Part shown: positions 25,104 through 32,000 of the stretch, in pieces
Position numbering within the stretch: position 1 is the first letter of the stretch
How the letters are laid out: each line of letters begins with the position of its first letter
From: Cereibacter sphaeroides 2.4.1
GTDB lineage: Bacteria; Pseudomonadota; Alphaproteobacteria; Rhodobacterales; Rhodobacteraceae
Assembly: GCF_000012905.2 (NCBI RefSeq)
Contig: NC_007493.2
Span: 840,001 to 872,000, forward strand
Direction of reading: 5' to 3'
DNA length: 32,000 nucleotides
Notes under the pieces: model-generated
The model's input: only the letters and a program-made list of their open reading frames with translations
Databases searched by the model: none
Told to the model about the DNA's origin: nothing
Translations under genes and position numbers: made by a program

Positions 25104-26324
25104 TCAGGCAGCGTCCCTCTCCGGCTGTCCCGCACCTCGGACATGCAGCACCAGCGCGCCCACCATCAGCAGCGAGGCGAGCAGGAACGGCGCGCCGGGC
25201 AGGTGCAGCGGCGCGCCCGGCGCGGTGAAGGCGCGGAAGGTCGCGGTCATGACCAGCGGCGAGGCGATCATGGCGATGGCGTTCAGCGAGGCCAGCACGC
25301 CCTGCAGCTCGCCCTGCGCATCCGCCGGAGTAGCGCGCGACAGGATGGACTGGAGCGCGGGCACCACCACGCCGCCGAGCGCCGTCACCGGGATGAGAAA
25401 GAGCACCCCCGTGCCGGATGCAAGGACGCCCAGAATCGCCAGGGTGACGATGTCGACCCAGATCCCCACCAGCGCCGTGCGGTGCTCGCCGAGGTGCCGG
25501 ATCGCCGGCCCCACCAGCGCCACCTGTCCCACCGCAAAGCTGATGCCGTAGAGCGCGAGGGACGCCCCGACCATGCCCGCGCCCCAGCCGAACTGCGCCT
25601 GTCCATAGAAGGCCCAGACCGCCGGATAGACGTTCATGGCGATCCCGAGGATCAGGAACACGGCGAGCGGACGGCTGAGGCCGGGCAGGCGGGCGACCGC
25701 GCGCAGGGCGCCCAGAGGGTTCGCGCGCGAGAGCGTGAAGGCGCGGCGGGTGGCGTCCGTCACCGTCTCGGGCAGGATCAGGCTTCCGAGCCCGAGGTTG
25801 AGCAGCGCCATCAGCGCCGCCGCATAGAAGGGCGCGCGCGTGTCGAGCCCCGCCAGAAGGCCTCCCAGCGCCGGCCCCAGCACGAAGCCGATCCCGAAGC
25901 CCGCGCCCACCAGGGCGAAGCGCTTGCCGCGGTCCTCGGGCGGGGTCACGTCGGCGATGAAGGCCGAGGCGGTGGCATAGGTGGCCGACACGATCCCCGC
26001 CACGATCCTCGCTGCAAGCAGGATCGCCATCGTGGGGGCGAGCGCCATGGCGAGGTATGTGCCCGACATGAGGACGAGCGAGCCGAGAAGGATCGGCCGC
26101 CGGCCGAACCGGTCGGAGAGGCTGCCGATGGTCGGGCCGAACAGGAACTGCATCACGGCGAAGGAGGCCGACAGAAGGCCGCCCCAGACCGCCGCCTCGG
26201 ACAGCGGCTGGCCCGTGATCTCGAGGATGAGGTCGGGCATCACGGGAAAGATCAGCCCGATCCCGATCGCGTCGAGCGCCACGGTGATCAGGATGAAGGC
26301 AAGGGCGAGCCGGGGCTGTTGCAT
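25104..26324 (-). CDS. DHA1-family MFS transporter, TetA-like (12 TMS)
   Basis: 406 aa. N-terminus LITVALDAIGIGLIFPVMP and MFS motif A GSLSDRFGRRPILL, both typical of TetA-class efflux pumps. Confidence 0.85.
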   Translation of the reverse strand: MQQPRLALAFILITVALDAIGIGLIFPVMPDLILEITGQPLSEAAVWGGLLSASFAVMQFLFGPTIGSLSDRFGRRPILLGSLVLMSGTYLAMALAPTMAILLAARIVAGIVSATYATASAFIADVTPPEDRGKRFALVGAGFGIGFVLGPALGGLLAGLDTRAPFYAAALMALLNLGLGSLILPETVTDATRRAFTLSRANPLGALRAVARLPGLSRPLAVFLILGIAMNVYPAVWAFYGQAQFGWGAGMVGASLALYGISFAVGQVALVGPAIRHLGEHRTALVGIWVDIVTLAILGVLASGTGVLFLIPVTALGGVVVPALQSILSRATPADAQGELQGVLASLNAIAMIASPLVMTATFRAFTAPGAPLHLPGAPFLLASLLMVGALVLHVRGAGQPERDAA

Positions 26325-26354
26325 GATGCATCCGCGGGGAAGGGCGGGCGGACC

Positions 26355-27083
26355 CTAGCCGGGGGTCGGGCGGCAGGAAAGCGGATTTGCCGCCACCGAG
26401 ATGAGACGTTTTGCCAGAGCCTCGGGGCAGGAGAGGAAGGGCGAGTGGCCTGCGGGCAGGGTCGAGACGCTGCCCGCAGGCCAGTCCGCGGTCATGGCCT
26501 CCTGCGTCTCGGGCGGGATGGCGCGATCCTCGAGACAGCGGATGTAGTGCTTGGGCAGGGCGTGATAACGCGCGCTCAGGCGGATCCTCTCTTCCTGCGG
26601 GCCCACGGGTTCGGCGCCCATGCGGGCCAGCGCCGCGGCGCGCACCTCGGGCGGGCAATCGTGAAAGAGCGCCTCGCCCGCGAGGTCGGGGTCGAAGCTG
26701 TAGCTCAGCCGGTCGGGCGCGAGCCGGATCGCGGGGCGGAGCGGCTGGCGCGCCTGCGCGCGGCGCATCGAGGCCACGGACGCGCCGTCGCGGGGCGCAT
26801 AGGCGCAGAGGAAGATCAGCCGCTCGATGAGGCCGGGGGCTGCGGCCTCGGCCGCAGCGGCGATGGAGAAACCGCCCGCCGAATGCCCCACCAGCGTGAC
26901 GGGCGCGCGGATTTCCTGAAGGATTGCCGCGGCATGGTCGGCGAGGCTCAGACCGGGCGTGAAGATCCGCCCCGGCAGGTCGAGGGCCCGGGCGCGGGCG
27001 CCGTGGGCTGCCAGCGCCCGGATCGTCGCGTCCCAGCACCAGCCGCCATAGCCCGAGCCATGGACGAGCAGGATGTCAGACAT
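26355..27083 (-). CDS. Alpha/beta hydrolase (methylesterase / SABP2-like fold)
   Basis: 242 aa from MSDILLVHGSGYGGWCW, nucleophile elbow GHSAGG, and a C-terminal GHSPF. The ATG lies 8 nt inside the upstream gene (ATGTCTGA overlap at 27076-27083). Confidence 0.75.
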   Translation of the reverse strand: MSDILLVHGSGYGGWCWDATIRALAAHGARARALDLPGRIFTPGLSLADHAAAILQEIRAPVTLVGHSAGGFSIAAAAEAAAPGLIERLIFLCAYAPRDGASVASMRRAQARQPLRPAIRLAPDRLSYSFDPDLAGEALFHDCPPEVRAAALARMGAEPVGPQEERIRLSARYHALPKHYIRCLEDRAIPPETQEAMTADWPAGSVSTLPAGHSPFLSCPEALAKRLISVAANPLSCRPTPG

Positions 27084-27864
27084 GGCCGATGGAGCGGAGG
27101 AACTCGGTGACGAGCGCGGCCACCTCGGCCGGCTTGTCGACCGAGGGGACATGGCCCGCGCCGCGCACGATCTCGAACCGGCTGCCGCGGATCAGCTCGG
27201 CCGTCTCGCGCACGAGGTCGGGCGGGGTCGAGCCGTCCTCGGATCCGACCAGCGCCAGCGTGGGCAGGGTCAGGCGTGCCGTCGTCGTGTAGAAGTCGGT
27301 GCCCGCGATGGCCGCCGCGCCGCCCGCATAGCCGTCCGGATCGCCCTCGATGAAGCGCTCGCGCCAGAGCTGGCCCTCCGGTCCCTGCCGGAAGGCCGGC
27401 GCGAACCAGCGCTTCATCGTGGGATCGGCCAGCGACTCGAGCCCGTAGCTGCGCACCTGATCGATCCGGTCCTGCCAGATCTCGGGCGTGCCGATCTTCG
27501 CCGCCGTGTCGCAGAGGACGAGCCCGCGCACCAGATCGAGCCGCTTCACCGCGAGTCCCTGCGCGATCATCCCGCCGATGGAGCAGCCGACGAAGACCGC
27601 CTCGCGGATGGACAGCGCCTCCATCAGCCGTTCGGCGTCGCGGATGAGGGCGCCCATCGCATAGGGCGGCTCGGGTGTGGTGGATCGGCCATGGCCCCGC
27701 AGGTCGTAGCGCACGAGGCGCAGGTCCTGCGGCAGGAGGGGGATGAGATTGTCCCAGATCCGCAGGTCCGAGCCGAGCGCATGGGCGAAGACGACGGGCG
27801 CGCCGGTCGCGCGGCCCTCGTCGAGATAGTTGAGGCGCAGATCGCCGATTTCGATATGGGGCAT
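27076..27864 (-). CDS. Alpha/beta hydrolase, 3-oxoadipate enol-lactonase-like
   Basis: 262 aa from MPHIEIGDLRLNYLDEG, with HALGSD, RYDLRGHGRS, nucleophile GCSIGG and C-terminal GAGHVPSV. GGAG lies 6 nt upstream of the ATG at 27864. Confidence 0.75.
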   Translation of the reverse strand: MPHIEIGDLRLNYLDEGRATGAPVVFAHALGSDLRIWDNLIPLLPQDLRLVRYDLRGHGRSTTPEPPYAMGALIRDAERLMEALSIREAVFVGCSIGGMIAQGLAVKRLDLVRGLVLCDTAAKIGTPEIWQDRIDQVRSYGLESLADPTMKRWFAPAFRQGPEGQLWRERFIEGDPDGYAGGAAAIAGTDFYTTTARLTLPTLALVGSEDGSTPPDLVRETAELIRGSRFEIVRGAGHVPSVDKPAEVAALVTEFLRSIGHV

Positions 27865-27879
27865 CGCTGGCTCCGGGGC

Positions 27880-28047
27880 GCGGAAGGAGGCTTCAGGGGC
27901 CGCCATTCGCGAAGCGCGAACGGCAGGAGGCAGTAGGGTGCCACTCGCAACGCGCGAACGGCAGGGGGCTTGGGGTTGCCATTCGTGAACGGCGGGAGGC
28001 TTCGAGGGCGCCATCCGCGACGCGCGAACGGCAGGAGGGGTCGTGCG
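27880..28047. repeat. Tandem array of about 38-bp units, each with a TTCGCG-N3-CGCGAA-type palindrome
   Basis: Units at 27902-27939, 27940-27977, 27978-28009 (a 32-nt deleted form) and 28010-28047, with a partial unit at 27880-27901. Consensus GCCAYYCGCGANGCGCGAACGGCAGGRGGC plus about 8 nt. A 38-nt period is not a multiple of 3. Confidence 0.8.
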
Positions 28048-28070
28048 GCCCGCAGGAAGGCTTGCGGGCC
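28047..28070 (-). terminator. 8-bp stem-loop 22 nt downstream of the dehydratase stop (terminator-like)
   Basis: GGCCCGCA (28047-28054), an 8-nt loop, then TGCGGGCC (28063-28070). No clear U-tract. Confidence 0.4.
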
Positions 28071-28091
28071 GTAAGGCTCATCGGCGCGCGC

Positions 28092-29069
28092 TCAGTCGGC
28101 GGCCTCCGCGAGGGCGCGGGCAAAGAGGGGCGGATCCACATTGCCGCCCGAGGCGGTGCAGATCACGGCGTCGCCCTCGAGCGCGTCGGGCCGGAAGAGC
28201 GCCGCGGCCAGCGCCACCGCCCCGCCGGGCTCGAGCACGATCTTGAGCCGCAGGAAGGCCAGCGCCATGGCGCGGAGCGCCTCCGCGTCGGTGACGGCGA
28301 GGCCCGGCCCGCAGAGCCGCGCGAGGATCGGAAAGGTGATCCGGCCCGGCTGGGGCGTCACGATCGCATCGCAGATCGAGCCCGAGAGCGCCGCGTTCGA
28401 CCGGATCTCGCCGGCGGCGAGGCTGCGTGCCGTATCGTCGAACCCCACCGGCTCGACCGGGCGGACCCGGAGGCCGGGCGCGCGCGCCTCGAGCGCCAGC
28501 GCGATGCCCGCGGTGAGCCCGCCGCCGCCGCAGCAGGTGAGGACATCGGCAGAGGTCACGCCCTCCTCGGCCGCCTGCTCGGCGATCTCGAGCCCGGTCG
28601 TGCCCTGACCGGCGATCACGAGGGGCTCGTCGAAGGGGCGGATCAGGGTGAGACCCCGCTCGTCGGCCAGCCGCGCGCCGATCGCATCGCGGTCCTCGGT
28701 CGCGCGGTCGTAGAGCACCACCTCGGCGCCGAGCGCGCGGGTGTTCTCGATCTTCAGCTGCGGCGCATCGGCGGGCATGACGATCACGGCGGGCGCGCCG
28801 TGGCGGGCCGCGGCCAGCGCCACGCCCTGCGCATGGTTGCCCGAGGAATAGGCCATCACGCCCTGCGCGCGCCGGGCCGGCTCCAGCGCCGAGAGCGCCG
28901 ACCAGCCGCCGCGGAACTTGAACGAGCCCGTGTGCTGCAGGCACTCGGCCTTCACCAGCACCCGCCGCCCCGCGATCTCGTCGAGAAAGGGCGAGGAGAG
29001 AAGCGGCGTCCGCCGGGCATGGCCCGCAAGCCGGGCCGCTGCAGCCTCGATCATCGCGATGTCGCTCAT
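28092..29069 (-). CDS. PLP-dependent threonine/serine dehydratase family enzyme (fold type II)
   Basis: 325 aa with the PLP-lysine motif HTGSFKFRG, SSGNHAQG and a glycine-rich CCGGGGL loop. The ATG overlaps the upstream stop (ATGA at 29066-29069). Confidence 0.85.
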   Translation of the reverse strand: MSDIAMIEAAAARLAGHARRTPLLSSPFLDEIAGRRVLVKAECLQHTGSFKFRGGWSALSALEPARRAQGVMAYSSGNHAQGVALAAARHGAPAVIVMPADAPQLKIENTRALGAEVVLYDRATEDRDAIGARLADERGLTLIRPFDEPLVIAGQGTTGLEIAEQAAEEGVTSADVLTCCGGGGLTAGIALALEARAPGLRVRPVEPVGFDDTARSLAAGEIRSNAALSGSICDAIVTPQPGRITFPILARLCGPGLAVTDAEALRAMALAFLRLKIVLEPGGAVALAAALFRPDALEGDAVICTASGGNVDPPLFARALAEAAD

Positions 29070-29890
29070 GCCACCCGCTCCAGGAAGGCGCGGATCGCGG
29101 AAAGGCTCTCGGGCTCGTCGAGGAAGGGGATATGGGCGCGCCCGGGCACCTCGGCAAAGATCATGTCGGGCCTGCGCCGCCGCATCTCGGCGGCCGTTGC
29201 GGGCGACAGGAGATCCGAGTTGGCGCCCCGGATCAGCGCGAGCGGCAGGCCCTCGCAGGCGTCGAACAGCGGCCAGAGATCGGCGGGCTCGCCCTCGAAG
29301 GCGGCGAGGAAGGCCTCGCGCAACGCAGGGTCATAGGTGATGCGCAGCCCCTGCGGGGTCTCGGTGTAGTGGAGCTGCGCCTCGGCCAGCCAGCGCTCCG
29401 CCGGCACGTCCGAGAAGCCGGTCATGAGCTTCGGCAGGGCCGCCGCCAGCTCGGCATGGGTGGCGGGCGAGGGGTTGCGGCCGACATAGGCAAAGATCTT
29501 CTCGAGGCCCGACCGCTCGATCTCGGGCCCCACGTCGTTCAGGCAGAGGCCCCGCATCCGGTCCTTGACGGTCGCGGCGAGGAACATGCCCACCAGCCCG
29601 CCGCGCGAGGTGCCGAGGATGGCCGCCGCGCCCAAGCCCAGATGGTCGAGAAGCTCCACCGCGTCGCGCGCCTCGCGCGGAACGGTGTAGGTGGCGGCCC
29701 CGGTGAAGTCCGAGCGGCCCCGTCCGCGATAGTCCGGCCGGATCAGCCGGACGCCGGACAGGTGCGGCGCCAGATAGTCGAAGTCGGCGCCGGTCCGGGT
29801 GAGTCCCGAGAGGCACAGGAGCGGCAGGCCCTCGCCCTCGTCGGTGAAGGCCAGGCGGGCACCGTCGCTCGCGGTGAAGAATTGGGTCAT
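29066..29890 (-). CDS. Alpha/beta hydrolase
   Basis: 274 aa from MTQFFTASDGARLAFTDEGEG, with RPDYRGRGRSD, nucleophile GTSRGG and C-terminal GRAHIPFLDEP. The start is at the Met at 29890, not 30148. Confidence 0.75.
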   Translation of the reverse strand: MTQFFTASDGARLAFTDEGEGLPLLCLSGLTRTGADFDYLAPHLSGVRLIRPDYRGRGRSDFTGAATYTVPREARDAVELLDHLGLGAAAILGTSRGGLVGMFLAATVKDRMRGLCLNDVGPEIERSGLEKIFAYVGRNPSPATHAELAAALPKLMTGFSDVPAERWLAEAQLHYTETPQGLRITYDPALREAFLAAFEGEPADLWPLFDACEGLPLALIRGANSDLLSPATAAEMRRRRPDMIFAEVPGRAHIPFLDEPESLSAIRAFLERVA

Positions 29891-29893
29891 GGG

Positions 29894-29927
29894 AAGGCTC
29901 TCGTGGCGTCGGTCGGGCGAGAGCCTT
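29894..29927 (-). promoter_or_regulatory. Perfect 10-bp hairpin ending 3 nt upstream of the hydrolase start codon
   Basis: AAGGCTCTCG (29894-29903), a 14-nt loop, then CGAGAGCCTT (29918-29927). In the mRNA sense the 3' arm covers the position where a ribosome-binding site would sit. Confidence 0.4.
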
Positions 29928-30298
29928 GCACAGCTTCGCCCGCGGCGGAAGCCCCGCGCGTGTGGCGATGGGGGCCGGACGGGTCTGCCTCGGGACGCCG
30001 CGGGCCGGGCGAGAGGCGCAGGCACGGTGGAGGGGCAGGTCAGGTGCCCCCGATGGCCTGCACCGTGCGGTGGGCAGCAACCCGGGGATGCTCCGGCTGC
30101 GGGCCTCCGCGCGGCACGCCGGCCGGCACATGATCCGCCTGCTTCCACTCCGTGAAACCTTCTGCCGTGAAGTCAGTCCGAAGGGTGCGCTTGCCGCGGG
30201 GGGCATTGCGGCCTAAACCACGCCGCGACAAGAGGAGGACGGGACGCATGGCATGAAGACCCACCACCCAGCTCGAGGATCGTCCGAAGTCGAGGAGG

Positions 30299-32000
30299 AT
30301 GAGCGCGCTGCGGGGCCTCGTGCCGTTCCTCGCGCCCTACCGCAAGCTCACCTTCGGCGCGCTGGGCGCGCTCGTTCTCACCGCGATAATCAGCCTGATC
30401 CTGCCGGTGACGGTCCGGCGCGTGGTCGACGGCTTCATGGAGAACAATGCGGCCCTGCTCGACCAGTATTTCGCCGCCGCCCTCTTCATTGCGGCCGCAC
30501 TCGCTGCAGGCACGGGGCTGCGCTACTATCTCGTGACGCGGCTCGGCGAGCGGGTCGTGGCCGACATGCGCCGCGCGCTCTTCGACCGGATGATGGGCAT
30601 GAGCCCCGCCTTCTTCGAGCGGATCATGACGGGCGAGGTGCTGTCGCGGCTCACGACCGACACGACGCTGCTTCTGTCGGTGATCGGCTCCTCGATCTCG
30701 GTGGCGCTGCGCAACCTCCTGATCCTGATCGGCGGGCTGGTGCTTCTCCTGTTCACCTCGACCAAGCTCACTGGCCTCGTGATGCTGCTCGTGCCGCTCG
30801 TGGTGGTGCCGATCGTCATCCTCGGCCGCAAGCTCCGCCGCCTCTCGCGCGAGAATCAGGACTGGATCGCCCAGAGTTCGGGCAATGCGTCCGAGGCGCT
30901 CCTGTCGGTGCAGACGGTGCAGGCCTTCACCCACGAGCGCCAGTCGCGCGCCTTCTTCGGCGATGTGACGGAGAAGTCCTTTCTGTCGGCCAAGGACCGG
31001 ATCGGGACGCGGGCGCTGATGACGGTGATCGTGATCTTCCTCGTCTTCACCGGGATCGTGGGCGTGCTCTGGGTGGGCGCGCGCGATGTGCGCGCGGGCA
31101 CCATGACGCCGGGCGAGATGGTGCAGTTCCTCATCTATGCGGTGATGGTGGCGGGCTCGGTCGGCGCGCTCTCCGAGATCTGGAGCGAGCTGCAGCGGGC
31201 GGCGGGCGCGACCGAGCGGCTGAACGAGCTGCTGACGGCCGAGGATCCGGTGCAGGATCCGGCCACGCCGGTGGCGCTGCCGCGGCCGGTGAAGGGCGAG
31301 ATCAGCTTCGAGGGCGTGCGTTTCCGCTATCCGGCGCGGCCCGAGGTCTCGGCGCTCGACGGGATCGATCTCGTCGTGCGGCCGGGCGAGACGGTGGCGC
31401 TTGTGGGGCCGTCGGGGGCGGGCAAGACCACGATCCTCCAGCTGCTCCTGCGCTTCTACGATCCCCAGCAGGGGGCCGTGCGCATCGACGGGGTGGATCT
31501 GCGCGACATGACGCGCGACGATTTCCGCCGTGCCATCGCCCTCGTGCCGCAGGATCCGGTGATCTTCGCCACCTCCGCGCGCGAGAACATCCGCTTCGGC
31601 CGTCCCGAGGCCACGGATGCCGAGGTGGAGGCTGCGGCCCACGCCGCCGCCGCGCACGATTTCCTGAGCCTCCTGCCGCAGGGCTACGACACCTATGTGG
31701 GCGAGCGCGGCGTGATGCTCTCGGGCGGGCAGAAGCAGCGCGTGGCGCTGGCGCGGGCGATCCTGCGCGACGCGAAGATCCTGCTCCTCGATGAGGCGAC
31801 CTCGGCACTCGATGCCGAGAGCGAACGCGCCGTGCAGACCGCGGTCGAGGCGCTGGCGCAGAACCGCACGACGCTGGTGGTGGCCCACAGGCTCGCCACC
31901 GTGAAGCGCGCGGACCGGATCGTCGTCTTCGACAAGGGCCGCATCGTGGCCACCGGCACCCACGATGCGCTGGTGGCCGAGGGGGGGCTCTATGCCCGTC
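30299..32000 (+). CDS. ABC exporter, fused permease and ATPase (ABCB/MsbA-like), 3'-truncated by the window edge
   Basis: Translated by hand, and absent from the ORF track because no stop lies in the window: MSALRGLVPFLAPYRKLTFGALGALVLTAIISL... It has six TM segments, Walker A GPSGAGKTT (31406-31429), signature LSGGQKQR and Walker B ILLLDEATS. An in-frame upstream stop lies at 30254-30256. Confidence 0.85.
   Translation, partial: MSALRGLVPFLAPYRKLTFGALGALVLTAIISLILPVTVRRVVDGFMENNAALLDQYFAAALFIAAALAAGTGLRYYLVTRLGERVVADMRRALFDRMMGMSPAFFERIMTGEVLSRLTTDTTLLLSVIGSSISVALRNLLILIGGLVLLLFTSTKLTGLVMLLVPLVVVPIVILGRKLRRLSRENQDWIAQSSGNASEALLSVQTVQAFTHERQSRAFFGDVTEKSFLSAKDRIGTRALMTVIVIFLVFTGIVGVLWVGARDVRAGTMTPGEMVQFLIYAVMVAGSVGALSEIWSELQRAAGATERLNELLTAEDPVQDPATPVALPRPVKGEISFEGVRFRYPARPEVSALDGIDLVVRPGETVALVGPSGAGKTTILQLLLRFYDPQQGAVRIDGVDLRDMTRDDFRRAIALVPQDPVIFATSARENIRFGRPEATDAEVEAAAHAAAAHDFLSLLPQGYDTYVGERGVMLSGGQKQRVALARAILRDAKILLLDEATSALDAESERAVQTAVEALAQNRTTLVVAHRLATVKRADRIVVFDKGRIVATGTHDALVAEGGLYAR

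Noticed and set aside
22962-26324. EF-G paralog plus TetA-like pump interpreted as a tetracycline resistance island (Tet(M)-type protection plus efflux)
   Set aside because: There is no tetR and there are no mobile-element signatures. GC content and codon usage match the surrounding genes. The genes are convergent rather than co-transcribed, and the pump belongs to an operon with two hydrolases. The catalytic His that ribosomal protection proteins retain is missing. I kept this only as a weak hypothesis.
30040-30200. Possible cobalamin riboswitch upstream of the ABC exporter (GAAGTCAGTCCGAAGGGTGCGC vaguely resembles a B12 box)
   Set aside because: The core elements I would expect are absent: AGGGAA...GGTG..AA..CC, CCCGC.ACTGT, GCCACTG, and an ACCTGCC end to the B12 box. 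The resemblance is limited to AGxCCGAAG.
30253-31794. 513-aa plus-strand ORF that seems to cover the ABC transporter region
   Set aside because: It is in the wrong frame and translates to an Arg/Ala/Gly/Pro-rich sequence. The frame starting at 30299 gives TM helices, Walker A, the LSGGQ signature and Walker B. It is missing from the track only because it has no stop inside the window.

Overview
This is a high-GC alphaproteobacterial chromosomal segment, most likely Cereibacter (Rhodobacter) sphaeroides. I base that on the 176-aa ORF at 4088-4618, which matches my memory of the short LOV photoreceptor RsLOV (GFNCRFLQ, Cys55). All calls rest on motifs read from the supplied translations and DNA; no searches were run. 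Gene order: glgX-glgC (-), LOV (-), a divergent 1170-aa CheB-CheR-PAS-HWE histidine kinase with an overlapping single-domain response regulator (+), and two translationally coupled small membrane ORFs (+), one missing from the ORF track. Next come a radical-SAM gene with a DUF4130::UdgX-like glycosylase fusion (-), a serine hydrolase (-), marR-emrA-emrB (+), tRNA-Tyr (-), rlmB (+) and a CoA-binding protein (+). These are followed by hisE-hisF-hisA (-), DUF2147 (+), hisH-hisB (-) and an EF-G paralog (+). The window ends with a hydrolase-hydrolase-TetA-like MFS operon (-), a hydrolase-dehydratase operon (-) and a partial ABC exporter (+). No mobile elements, CRISPR arrays or rRNA were seen. The best candidate system is the radical-SAM/UdgX operon. 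A perfect alphaproteobacterial LexA box (GTTC-N7-GTTC) overlaps a sigma70-like promoter placed to give a leaderless mRNA, and the glycosylase domain carries the GEQPG and KRRIH motifs of covalently crosslinking UdgX. The second candidate is the LOV / HWE kinase / receiver cluster, which looks like a split LovK-LovR arrangement. Other unexplained structure includes a dispersed hairpin-plus-29-nt repeat, a 38-bp tandem array holding 15-bp palindromes, and a terminator-bounded noncoding stretch after rlmB. The many long antisense ORFs are GC artefacts.
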